DNA from: Harriotta raleighana
Lineage: Eukaryota
Direction: 5' to 3'
DNA length: 64,000 nucleotides
NCBI GenBank assembly: GCA_050575255.1
Contig: JBNZDD010013695.1
Location: 6,134,248 to 6,198,247 of the forward strand
Part shown: in pieces, positions 1 through 12,297 of the stretch
Layout: every line of letters begins with the position of its first letter
How positions within the stretch are numbered: position 1 is the first letter of the stretch
The notes under the pieces: model-generated
Seen by the model: the letters and a program-made list of their open reading frames with translations, nothing else
Told to the model about the DNA's origin: nothing
Databases searched by the model: none
Program-made: the position numbers and the translations under genes

Positions 1-535
1 TGCGTTCAGCCGCCCGCACCTGGCTCTTGAGTGAGCGGAGGTGAGTGGTAAACCAGGGGGAGGAGCGAGAGTAGGAGACAGTATGGGAGGTAAGGGGGGC
101 AAGAGTGTTGAGTGTGGAGGAGAGGGTGTTGTGGAGGAGGGTGAGGGCAGAAGTGGGGTCAGTGAGGGATGAGGGCCAGAGGGAGAGGAGTTCGAAGGAC
201 TCCAAGGCAGCGGTCAGAGAATGTGGGGGTAACTTCTTCCAGGGGCGATAGAAGATGGTGGTGGATCTGGTGGAAGTGGGAAGAGGTGTGGAGGTTGTGA
301 TGGAGATGAAGTGATGGTCAGAGACAGCCTTGTTGGTAATGGTGACATCCGAGACATTGAGGCCCCGGGTGATCACCAGATCGAGTGGGTGGCCGTGGAC
401 ATGAGTGGCGGAGTTGATGTGGAGGGGGAGCGAGGAGAGGAGGGAGGAAAAGTCAGAGGAGGTGGAGCAGGAGGGGTTGAAGTGCAGGTTGAAGTCGCCC
501 AGGATGATGAGGCGATCAGTGCAGAGGCAGAGAGG
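1..535 (-). mobile_element. L2/CR1-type LINE ORF2 fragment (APE endonuclease region)
   Basis: The minus-strand translation reads RLIILGDFNLH...THVHGHPLDLVIT...AVSDHHFI, which contains the GDFN and SDH motifs of non-LTR retrotransposon endonucleases. The fragment is truncated by the window edge. Confidence 0.85.
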
Positions 536-1320
536 CATACTACCCTGCATAAGGGATGCTATATTAATGTAGTTGTGTATCATCACCTTGTGGGTAAGGA
601 GGACACTTGCTTTGGTGTGTTGGACAGTCTAAAGGGAAACTACTGCTGGTAGGAAGAAAAAAACCTCTGTATAGTTGAATGTTGCTGAACTAACCACCAT
701 ATATGGGACTGATCAGTGGATTCTTTAATGGTGATTATCTCCTAGACAATGTATTCTAGGGTTTGCTTATCAAGGCTTCAGGGCTTTGTCTCACTGTAAG
801 ATCATCAATCAATAGACTCTGAGCAGTGTTTAGTGTTTATTTATTGGTAGCCTGCAACTAAATGTCATCTAAGTATTACTATTATGTATGAAATAATTTT
901 GTTTACTGAAGAACCCAAAAGCTAAAATCCTACCTGAAGGTTTGTACTTTCTTAGACATGACATCCTTCCTTAGACATGACAACACAGGAGGGTATAATG
1001 TTTTCAATGGAACAGATTGACAACTGTAATCCAGGCCCATGACTCTTGTTGGTTCATCTGGATTAGCTGCTGTAGGACATGTAGAGGCGAAACGATTTTA
1101 AAAAACCTGGGTAAAAAGATTTATAGGCCTGTCTTTGGACCACAAGTGATTGCTGTGAAGTGTAATAAGATGAATATGAATAAAATGATTGTGTTCTGGA
1201 GCTGGTCTCTGTGGTGATGTAGATGCTGTAGACTAAAGAGATCATTGGGAAATTCTCACAATGTGAAAGGCGCTCTACAAATATATTTTTTTTGTTATGG
1301 TGAATGAATGCTGCTTTCCC

Positions 1321-1736
1321 AAGCGCTATATCAAATGCAAGGATTATTATTATTGTTATTATTATTATTACAGCTGCTGACTGCTGCCCTCCAACAGGAT
1401 GTTGCTCAACATTGCCTATTAGTTTCCTGTGACAATGACAGTTTGAGTAACGCCTGGAAATTATTCACATTATTTATCAAAGATTCTTTCCATGAAGACT
1501 TGATTTAGCCAACATTATAACTAGATTGACTGCTTTATACTTTGACATAGATGTTACTCAAACTGACTTGCTGATTGGGTCTCAGTGTATTTTGACATGT
1601 GGGGAATAGGCCAGGGATATCCTGCCTTTGTCATTGTCACAGGAAACTAATAGGCAATATTGAGCAATGTCCTGTTGGAGGGCAGCAGTCAGCAGCTGTA
1701 ATAATAATAATAATCCTTGCATTTGATATAGTGCTT
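1321..1736. repeat. Long inverted repeat / foldback element capped by two inward-facing SINE tails
   Basis: 1371-1440 is the near-perfect reverse complement of 1629-1698. Each arm continues into a (TTA)n + GCGCTATATCAAATGCAAGG SINE tail. Confidence 0.85.
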
Positions 1737-2466
1737 TTCACATCTTCTGGATATCTCAAGGCGCTTCACAGAATATACTGTTAAGTGAATTGACGGGATA
1801 TTTGTGGGCGAAACGAAAAATGCAGAAAGTAGGAAACCATAAGCAACGGGTAGGCACAAGTGATATTTGTTAATCTCTAGAGGAAAACTGCCTGTCTGGC
1901 TTTGTACTCCATCATAAGAAGCCAGTGGTGACTGAAGGCATTTCGGTATACTATTGAGACCTCAGTAATATACATGTACTCGAGATTCAGGATCCAATAG
2001 TGAGAGCACAGGCTTGTGAGAGAGACTCAGGGCTGCATGGAAAGCTGTCCCAACATTCAATATCTATTAGTACCAGAAAGCATGGAGTAGGTGAGGGCCA
2101 CTTGACATACACTATCATTAGCTAAGCCCTACTCATCGCTTATGGTTTCCTACTTTCTGCACCTTTCATTCTTAGCAATGACATTGGTTAAAAAAAACAC
2201 TAATATCCTCGAGCAAATCGCAATCAATTGATGGAATTCCGATCTACCTGCTGTAAATCCCATGTGGCATTTATCTGGATGTTTAAATTCACAACTGTAC
2301 CTTTTCTTTCTGAGTAAACTGTGAACACAGAGTAATCTCTCTTCAGTTGAGGTGATGTTCCCTGTATAACTTGTGATGAAGACAGCCTTAGCTGCCAATT
2401 TAGCTCAAGGATTCACTCAGGATTCCATTGTTCTGTATATGATTTGCTTTCTCTTTTTTGTTACAG

Positions 2467-5400
2467 ACCGATATATCTTATGTAAATAGTGTTGCAGAAA
2501 ATCTCAAGAATTTGTAAGTAATTCCTATTTCCTCCCTTGTAAGAACGTATTAATGCCATTTTGAAACGCAGTTTCCTAAACTAACACTGCTTAGTAGTGT
2601 CACTCTGTTTAAATGTCTCATCAAACCTTGTCTGAGTGCAGTGCTTAAAGAGTGACTGTTCCAATCCTCTCCACCACCTCAGAATGTTTACTCTTGGATT
2701 CCAATGGACAATATCCTATGCTTATTTATGGCAAAACCCATCTGTCAGTCTTTAAACAGCCCCAATCTTCATTCAGTGCTAATATCTTCCCACATATAAT
2801 GGTGTCATCTGCCAAGGTTATTATTCCTTTCTCCAAGTCATTTGTGAATAGTGTGAACATTACAGAACAAGAACTGTACAACTCCCTCAGTCGATGCTTT
2901 TCCCCCATTATTATCGCCTTCAGCTTGCTATTTCTTTTCTAGTTTTGAGACCCACCTAATCCATAAACTTTAACCTACATCAATTTGAATACTGTGCTTA
3001 AATACCTTCTGTTCTGGCTACTGGTATTTTTCACATCTAAAAATATGTTTGGCTTCATTTTAATGACATACTGTACCATCTGTGTACAACACATATAAAT
3101 CATTTACCAGAAATACTTGGTCTCGGAGCAGTTTCCATTTGATGGAAGGTTGGCTAAACCACTGCTTCCATATGGCTTCAAAATGGATGCTCCAAACATT
3201 GATGGTATTTTTTCAGATGTTTTTATAAAACATGTAGAAAAGTAGGCCAGGTTACAGACACCAGTGGTGTCCATTGCAGACTTCAGTCTGAGTGTTGAAC
3301 CAGAGCATTGGATAATGATCCAGCCATCTGTGGTAGCAAGGCATCCGCTTACTGTGAGCCCAATGAGCTCTGTTTCCCTCAACCACATCTGCTTGGTGTA
3401 TTTGCTGTTCACAGGCCAGTTTGCCACATTTTATTCTATCTTCATTTTTAAATAATTGGAAAACTATTGATTCGGATCAGAATTTAAGTTAAAAAAATCA
3501 TGAACTGTATCAGTGTTGAGGTTTACTCTGTGACCAGGATGGCTTATTGCCTCTCAGGGATCAGTGAGTTCAGACTCCCATTTCTTACCAGCAGCAGTTC
3601 CCACCATTGCTCTCAAAATGATGACACCCCAAATAAAATTCTCCTAAATTCCTGCCCAGAAAGTTAAAGCTGGTTTGACAGGTGTAAATTCTACTGTTCG
3701 TCTACTTGCTTTTTTTTCAATTTCCTGAACTGAAAGTATTAATGTCAGGAGGCTACAGTCAAAGTAGTTGGATAGTTTTTTTTTATTTTAAGGGAGTGAG
3801 CTTAAGTTAGGACAAATGGTTTTTGAGCCTGTCGATAAATCCCTCTTAAAAGGGATTGGATAAATACTTGAGGGAAAACAAAGTTTCTGAAAGCTGCCAA
3901 GTGTAAAATACATGCTGGAGAGCAGATCGCTGCTGGCTATTCCTCTGGCCTTTCGTTCAGTTTGTTGACAGCTTTCACAAATTGAAGTTTGCTATTTGGG
4001 GAATATCACATATTTCACATCGCTGGCCATGGGTGAGGGGAGATAGCAGGTATTCAAAGCAGCAATTACAGTGTGGGAGGACATTCAGGCCCCACTGAAC
4101 CTCATTCTTTGTCATTCCTTTCCAGATTTCCAAACGAAATTCAGTCAGGACTCCTTGAAGTCTTAGCACCTTCACTCAACTACTATCCTGATTTCTCGCG
4201 TCTAAAAGAAACCTTTGGGGATCCGAAGGAGAGGGTTAGGTAATTCCTCCCACAGTGTATTTAATAAAATTGTGCCTAACTGTTCAGCGCATTGGGAAGT
4301 CCTCCCAACGTGAAAGGCACTCTGTAAATTTAATGTTGTTGTTGTTGTTTTGCACTGTAAAACCTGTAGTCTTTTAAAAATTAGTGGGAAAGAAAGCAAC
4401 ATAATAATACTAATATTGTATGCCAACATAAACTGTACTGGAGCCAAAGGTACTTCAAAAAGGGATAATGTGTGTGTTGATCAGACAGCCTGAGAGCAGA
4501 AGGTGTGAAATTACACATCCAGGATTTCTTTTATCTCGGTTTGAAAGAAATCTCTTCACTGTGAGGCCACTTCAGTTGTAGGCGACTGTTCTTTGAAGTA
4601 AACTAAAAACTGTTCCGGATTAATACCCAAATCTCTAAAGTGTTTGTGTTGCTCTGCATTTATAATATCAGTTGTTTTGGCTTTGGCCAAGTGATGACAC
4701 GTAATCTGCCTGTGATTGGAAAGCATAGTTACATCAACCATCAGTGGGTTTGATTCCTGTGATCCTGGATTCATACAGTATTGATAATGTGTCACGTTTT
4801 ACTCCAAACTGATTTTTTTAGTATCGCTCTGTCTTAACCCCAAACCCAATGAGCATCTCACTGGAGAAGCTGCTCACTCTGATCTTCAAACCAGAGTGAT
4901 GCTTTTGGCCAATTCACTGAAAGTGTAAATCTGTAGTTTTAAACACTAACTTTAGTTTTTGTTTCAGATGGAGAACAAAGCAGAATCTGGATTATTGCTT
5001 TCTAATGATGTATGCCCAGTTAAAGGGCTCCTATTATGTTCAGGTAAAAGGAGCTGTTTGTCAATTGGGGTGGCTCTCATTGTAGTAATGGGCAGCTGGG
5101 GTGGCACTCACTGATACGCACGCACACACACACTGAGCCTAATGTCAGCACTTTGTGATGTTCTCCCGATGTGAAAGGAGCTAATCAAATGTAATTTTGT
5201 TATTGTTGTTGTTTACTCTCTAGCTGGAGGATGACATTGTGGCCAGACCCAGCTACTTTGGAACAATGAAGAACTTTGCTTTGCAGCAGCCTTCGGAGGA
5301 ATGGATGATTCTGGAATTCTCCCAGCTGGGATTCATTGGTAACTTTATAGATTCTAAGCTTACCTTCCAGCTCAGTAACTGTGAGGACATGAAGATAAAC

Positions 5401-8400
5401 ACAGTTTTCATGTCTATGGTTTAATTTCTTAATTTAGAATCTTGGCTTCTGAGTAGGGTGGCTGAGAGAGATAGCGGGACCAGCTAGGACAGCAGAGAGC
5501 TCCCTCCTCTGTATACTGAACTGCTTCAAAATTGTTAAAGCCCACCGGACATTAGCTGAACGTTGTACTGGAGGTTACGGCACCTCCCCCCATTGCTGCT
5601 CTGGGTTGTGAGCTGAGCTCCAGTCCCTCATTAGTGTGGCTGATCCCAATAGAATGCTACTGTGTGAGCTGAGCTGACACCTCAGCATTGTTATCAAGTT
5701 GTGCACAGCTGCCGTCAGCCCTGTGAGAGTTAGTGAAGTGTGTGACTGAGTGAAGTGAACCAGACCACTGCCTATCGTGTTCTTGCACAAGGTTGAACTT
5801 TTCTTAGTAGCTTCCAGCGAGGAAGTTGTTATGTTAATAGGGTAAATAACCATGTGAATTATGGGGGAAAGACACAGTTGCGGTCTTGAACACTGGATCT
5901 GGTGATCGACAACCATTTCAATATCTTCCAAGTGGTGTAAACACATTGTGAGGAAAGGTTTAATATTTTGGTAACTGATTGCTAGATTCCATCTATTATT
6001 GATTTGATCAGTCAAATGTCAGGCCGAAAATATGCTTGAGTTCTGGGACAGGTAATGTCAGGCTGGCTGAATCCCCTTAATGTCACATTGGATTTTTCAG
6101 ATGATGTGATTTGCTCGTTCTCCATCAAATCAACAGCAGAGAATATCAAGAGCCGGTTTAAATGCCGCTTTTATTTTCTAACCGAATTACGAGTTCTCTG
6201 TGGGATAGAATCTAAATCAAATCAAGTGTGTACAGCCCTGCACTGAGCCCAAGTATACAGTGATTTGTGTCACAAAGCCCTCTGTTGCTTTGTTAAATCT
6301 CACACTTCTTCCACATGTGATTCCTGCCTACAGAGCTCGCAGTTATGTGATGTTTACTGGGCAAGTATTTGTGATACACCGAGAGATTCTCTGCTTTTGT
6401 TCAGGTCTGACCCAGGGTCAAGGGCCTGTAGATAACCCGGATAATTTTTAAATAGTTCAATATCTTATTCCATTAATTAGTCACGCACTGCCTTGGAGCA
6501 CGTTGATGTAATGTTGATGTCGGCTGAAATAATATAAAAGGAAATAATGTTGAGGTTTGTTTGATAGACGTAGGGAAGCCTACTGCAAACTTTGGAGCAG
6601 CCAATGATGTTCTCACAGTGTCCTGGCCAAGAATCCTCCAGACAGTTTAGTCGTTCAGCACATATTTGTTTGTAAGAACCTATTGAGTGCAACATATCTG
6701 CTGGATACCTAAAAACCATTAGTGCCTTTGACGGAAATTACTGTTGAGAAAAGGACTATAAAAGGACACATTTGTTCTTTCTTTGCATCCTTGCTTCCTG
6801 GAATCTCTCCAAACTCCACGCCGGGCGGCGTCTCAGAGACTGCCCTTCAGGGAGTTGTGAAGAATCTGAAAACTGATTTGTTTAATTTGGATTTTTTTTC
6901 AACCGAGAGAGAAATATGACTATCGATGGAAATGGCCCAAATAAATCAGCTCATTGAGAGAGCAGACAGACCGACCCCAATAAAAGTAAATCCAGAGTGC
7001 AGTAATATCAGTGTATCTTTCTGCTGAACAAGTTCTGATCTAAGAATGAAGAATAAGATAATGGTGGTATTAATCAGAAGCAAGAACAGCTGTGCTTCAT
7101 GGTCTTGTCCCCGCCTATCTCTCCGACCTGCTGTCTCCCTATCAGCCTGCCTGTCCCCTCCTTTCAACCGGCGCTGGCCTGCCCCATGTTCCCCGCCCGA
7201 ACTGCCCTACCATCGGTGGCCAGGCTTTCAGTCTCTCTGTCCCTATTCTCTGAAACTCCATCCCTCAATCCTGTCGTCTTGCTTCCTCCTTTTCTCCTTC
7301 AAGGCTGGTCTCAAGACTTTCCTCTTCGACTGTGCCTTCTGCTGCCCTCCTAACTCACCCCCCTTTCCTACTGTCCATCCACCTGCCCCTACCCTGCCCC
7401 TCTTCCCCCCCCCCCCCAACTTGGATCCTGACCTAACTGTTCAGCACCTTGGGATGTCCTCTCAACATAAAAGACGCTCTGTAAATATAAGTTGTTGTTG
7501 CTTCAACTTGCACAATTCCCAGTCAATGCAAACAGTGGGGAAGAGATTGTGTTTGGAGAATCGAGTAACTTGTGGAGAGGAGAAGAGTCCTCCCTACATT
7601 GGCTGGGCGTGATGAACGAAATTATGTCCTGAGCCCAGTGTCTGTGCCGGGAGATAACACACTCACTACAAAGAGATTATTCTCCTGGTTTAATGCCGGT
7701 AACGTGACAGAAATCCACAGGGCCAATTGTTAAATCATTGAAGAATATTAAGAGTGTTGTTTGTCTTTGCTGATTGACAAGGAAATCTAGATGTGGTGCA
7801 GTGGGGGCCGGTGTGGATGGGCAGCACACTGATGTTGGAACGCGTTCAGTGTAGGTGAGATTGAAGGAGACATCACATGGCAAGGTTCCCTGACTGTGCA
7901 GCCACCTCCTGATTGCTTATTACAGAGAGGACATGTGGGGAGTGATTATTCCCACTGCGAGCTGAATCGGTAACAAAGTGACATTTTAACACGAAGGGTC
8001 AGGATAGTCTATGCTTATTGCAATAGGAATGCAGCAACTTGTTTGGGATTAAGATTGATGATTCCAGGCGTGATTGTAAACTAACTTTTTTTTAAAATCA
8101 AACAATTTAACATTGAACCTCTCCTGTCCGCACTAAACAAATAGTTGCTGTCAGGTACAGTGACTGTGTTATAGGCAAATAAGGCAGGCATTTACATGAT
8201 TCCACACATTACCTTTTGGTGAACAATGCTCTGGTGGATCGTTGGCCACCACAGAAAAACCTTTGTTTAAAGGCATCAGTGGCTCTTTACTGTCTGTTGG
8301 AACAGAACCTGCTCTCGAGTCTCATTTTAAACACAAAGGAAACACACCAGCCACAGGGAAATTTTCAAAACTACAAAAACTATCATCTGCTCTGAGTTCA

Positions 8401-11400
8401 GTAATGGATGGCATCAAGTGCATCACTAACTAGGTTCCCCGAGGAAGGGTATAATTTGTTGGTTTGGGGTGCGTTTGTGTGTCGGGACAGTTGATGTGTT
8501 GTTGGTCAATAAATCCCAGTTGTCACTTTCCGTCCCCTCAGCAAATTTATAATTTGTTTCTGGCTAATATTTCACTGGTTGGAAGGACTTCAAAGTGGAA
8601 TGTGATGGGTTTGCAAGCTTTCCATGTGTAGCTGTGGAAAACTCTCAGGCGCAACACACGTCAAGATCAGTTGGTTCCTTGGCACGGCTGGGCTTGTCTG
8701 ATCAAGGCGTCACTAAATTAGCAATGAAACAAACTCCTTGTAATTCTTGCACTTTGTTCTTCACCCCAAATAAATACTAGTCTTTACCTGTTATAATTAA
8801 TCTTCAGTACACCTAATTTCTGTTAAGTACAGTAGCAACTGTGTCTACAGTCCTGATCCCTGACTGTTCAGCGCTTTGGAACATCCTTCCGACATGAAAG
8901 GCACTCTATAAATATAAGTTTATTGTTACTGTTGTTGTACATCCTTGATTTTCAACTGCATAGAACAGAAGTTTAGATTTTTTTGAAGTTTAAATGAATC
9001 AAAATGGATCATCTCCAAGTCTCATGAACCAGAGTGAGTAAGATCAGGGTTTAGGGAAGTGAGACTGGAGAGAATTTACTGATTTACGCAGGAATATTGA
9101 TGGAGATGTTAGGCGTCCTAAAATTGCATGATTTTTCTGTCATTTCCATTGATATTAATATATTAAAAATTTAGTTTAAACACAGTTACAGATGCTGTCC
9201 AGATGGTGTGAAATTCTCACTTGCTTTGTACAAATCACTGTATCCCAGGGAGCACAGTGTGCACACAGGGAGAAACTACGCAGGTCTTAACTCTTTGCTT
9301 CCTCTTATTTAGGTAAAATGTTCAAATCCTTGGACCTTAGTCTGATTGTGGAGTTTATTCTCATGTTCTATAAGGACAAACCCATCGACTGGCTGCTCGA
9401 TCACATCCTGTGGGTCAAAGTCTGCAACCCTGAGAAAGATGCAGTAAGTGTCTGTGAACAGAGCGAGTTGTGCCTCACTGATCGCTTCTGAGTTATTTAT
9501 AAACCTTAAGGTGATCGGGAAGTCTCATGTCTTAACCTCTCAAAGTGCTTCACACGTACTGACTGTCAAGTTACTGACTTTCTTTCCCATCTTCCCAGAA
9601 ACACTGCGACAGACAGAAGGCTAACCTACGGATCCGGTTCAAACCCTCCTTGTTTCAGCACGTCGGCACTCATTCCTCACTGGCTGGAAAGATCCAAAAA
9701 CTCAAAGTACGTTCATTACACATGCAGGGAAACATGCCAGAGGCAGTGACCAAACCGTGTGAGGTACAAAGTGGCATTGGGTGTCTGACACTCTGCCTTG
9801 TCAATCAGCTGGTTAACTGCTAGTAATGAGAAGCCAAGTCTCTCTTGGTTACTGGAGCAGCACTCACCAAGGCTCGATCCGCATGGTACAGCCTCACTCC
9901 AGCCTTCACATAGGGAGCTTTCACCATCCTGGTCAGACCTTGTGCGGTTTATCATAAGCTGCAGTGATTGGGCTGAGGAGGAAAAGGCAGGAATGACCAG
10001 GCCAATCCTGTGTTTCCTCCCATCGTATTGTGATAATGATAATCATTGTATGTATTTGGGGTAAATGTGGCTGTTTGATGGGATACTCTGGGTACCTTTA
10101 CCTCAGTAATTTGAGGCAATGCAGAGATGATTAAAGTCCTTCACCTGTTGCTGGAGGGTGACTAGGGCTCGCAGCGCCACCCGCAGCATACAATGTAAAC
10201 TGTCTTATAATAATCCTTGCATTTGATATAGCACCAATAAGGTTGAAACGCTTCAAAGGACTTCAGGGTTAAACTCTGTGACGAACACTGGATATAAATT
10301 TGTCCCCAAGCAGAAGTTGCCTATAACCAGTGTTTGATCCTTCATATGTTCCCCTTTGTTGCGAATACAGCTTCAACAACAACAACTAGTGTTTATATAG
10401 CGCCCTTTACACTCGGTATCACTTCTAGGCTGGGTGGCGTAAGAAGGATCCCAACAGTTTGTTTCTCCTCTTTACCATTGATGACTCATGGCACAGTTTA
10501 TCCATTCTCTGCACCCAACCCAGCTCCAATTGGGAGATGCCTGCTGGGCCTGTCCTTTGTAACTAAGGAAATGATCCATTTTATTTCCCAGGATAAGGAT
10601 TTTGGGAAGCATACACTGCACAAGGGCCACTCCAACCCCCCGGCAGAGGTGACGACCAGCCTGAAAACCTACCAGCATTTCACCCTGGAGAAGGCATACC
10701 TGGGGGAGGATTTCTTCTGGGCTTTTACCCCAGTGGCTGGCGATTTTATACGAGTCCGATTTTTCACACCAGTGAAAGTGGACAAGTTAGTTTGTTTAAT
10801 GTTGTATCTCACATACTGTTGTATAAAAAGCTTTCAGAGTATGTGACGAACCAACCCATTTGACCCTTATTTTTTTTTCTCTCTCTCTGTCGCCAGGTTT
10901 TTCTTCCGCAGTGGGAACATTGAGCATCCCGGAGACAAGCTCTTCAACACCACTGTGGACGTGCTGCCATTTGATGTGAGTCTCATTCTCTTCGTGATCT
11001 TCTTATTTCAGCTAATGGAGCAAGAAGTGGAGCCTGATGTAATCTGGTTATTATCAACTCAACCAGTGAGACATTTTACCTGGTCATGAATGAGGCTGTT
11101 TGTGGAGTTGATGGAAATCTCAGATTTGCATTGCCAAGTTGAGAGTGGGAATGAAGTGGCTGCAGAGGTTGTTTAGCTGAGGCTGGAGAGATGATACTAA
11201 GTGTAATTTCACAAGCTCTGGTTTAGACTTTCCTCTTTCTCTGGCTGCTAGAATATCCAGTCGGGGAAGGAAACGCTGCTGGATGGCAAAGAGAAGTCTC
11301 CGCGGTACCAGAGGACTGAGGATGGATTCATCCGGATTGGTAAATACACCGGGAAGCTGCATCCCTCAGCTCGCTCAACACAGAGTGAGATTGTCGGGCC

Positions 11401-12297
11401 AGAATGGCAGCAATTGCATTTATATAGCATCATTCATGTCTCAAGGCACAGGCCTCTGCGAGGGATCCTATGTTGATGAGGGAGGATGTTAGGGTGGGAG
11501 GGAGTATTCTCAGTAGTGGCAATATCAGGATGGACGACGAATTTTGTGGGGTTCCTTATCTTTGGAAATCTCAGTGAGGAACTTTGTCCAGGAAAGTAAC
11601 TGGGTGTATAATCTGCATTTGATAGAGCATTTTACCAAGACATTTCAAAGCGCTTCACAGAAAACTGTAGAGTGAATTGACTGCATATTTTGTGGGCAAA
11701 ACATGGATTGTGCTCAGCAGTGTCCAACAACCAGTCATGGAATGAGTGACTAAATTATATATTTTTAAACTAATATTTTGGAAGGGATTATGACCCCCAG
11801 AAAAGCGATCAACGAACAGCTGGGGTCCTACTTACAGCCAGGTAAATAGAGGTGTATGGAGTAAGGCAACTTGCCCAAAATTTTGCCCTGACTGGGTGTC
11901 AAACCCAGGTTCTCTTGCTTGCGAAGTGAATGCTCTAACCACTGAGTTGCAGGACTCCGTATCAAGAGGAATGATAATAATCAGGCCTGATGCGGAGAGT
12001 GTGATGGTTTAAAATCTTTTGTGATCTGTTTTAGCCTCGTTTATGAATGGCATTGCTGAGGGGGAGGTCGACCCGGCATTCGGACCATTGGAGGGTTTCC
12101 GTCTGTCCATCCTGTCGGATTCACCTGTTTGGGTCATACTCAGTGAGGTACAGACTCGGTGTTAACCTCTGTCTGTGGCACTTGACATCCGCTGTTTATC
12201 GTGTGTGTTGGCCTGGTGCTGTTTCCATTGGGAGATCAAATAATTAATATTTCTGGTCTTTGTTTCACAGATATTTATAAAGAAAGCTGAGACTTAA
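2467..12297 (+). CDS. MGAT4B: Alpha-1,3-mannosyl-glycoprotein 4-beta-N-acetylglucosaminyltransferase B (GnT-IVb), 3' portion; 5' exons lie upstream of the window
   Basis: GT-AG exons with consistent phases: 2467-2513 ([16 protein letters not shown]), 4126-4239 ([21 protein letters not shown]), 4968-5043 ([17 protein letters not shown]), 5224-5338 ([18 protein letters not shown]), 9313-9443 ([25 protein letters not shown]), 9599-9706 ([36 protein letters not shown]), 10592-10785, 10897-10975, 11252-11339, 12035-12147, 12271-12297 (IFIKKAET*). The peptides match GnT-IVb, and the CANX/MAML1/LTC4S neighbourhood supports B over A. Confidence 0.95.
2700..3010 (-). mobile_element. Degraded CR1 LINE reverse-transcriptase fragment
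   Basis: The minus-strand ORF reads [19 protein letters not shown], resembling the CR1 RT (F/Y)ADDT motif region. Confidence 0.6.
7190..7500 (+). mobile_element. L2-type LINE 3' end
   Basis: It encodes ..[12 protein letters not shown].. followed by the tail CAGCACCTTGGGATGTCC...AAAAGACGCTCTGTAAATATAAG(TTG)n that other copies in the window share. Confidence 0.7.
11609..11958 (-). mobile_element. tRNA-derived SINE
   Basis: The reverse strand starts GGAGTCCTGCAACTCAGTGGTTAGAGC (A box) ... GGGTTTGACACCC (B-box-like) and ends in the common GTGAAGCGCTTTGA...ATCAAATGCAG tail. It is homologous to 42718-43024. Confidence 0.8.
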
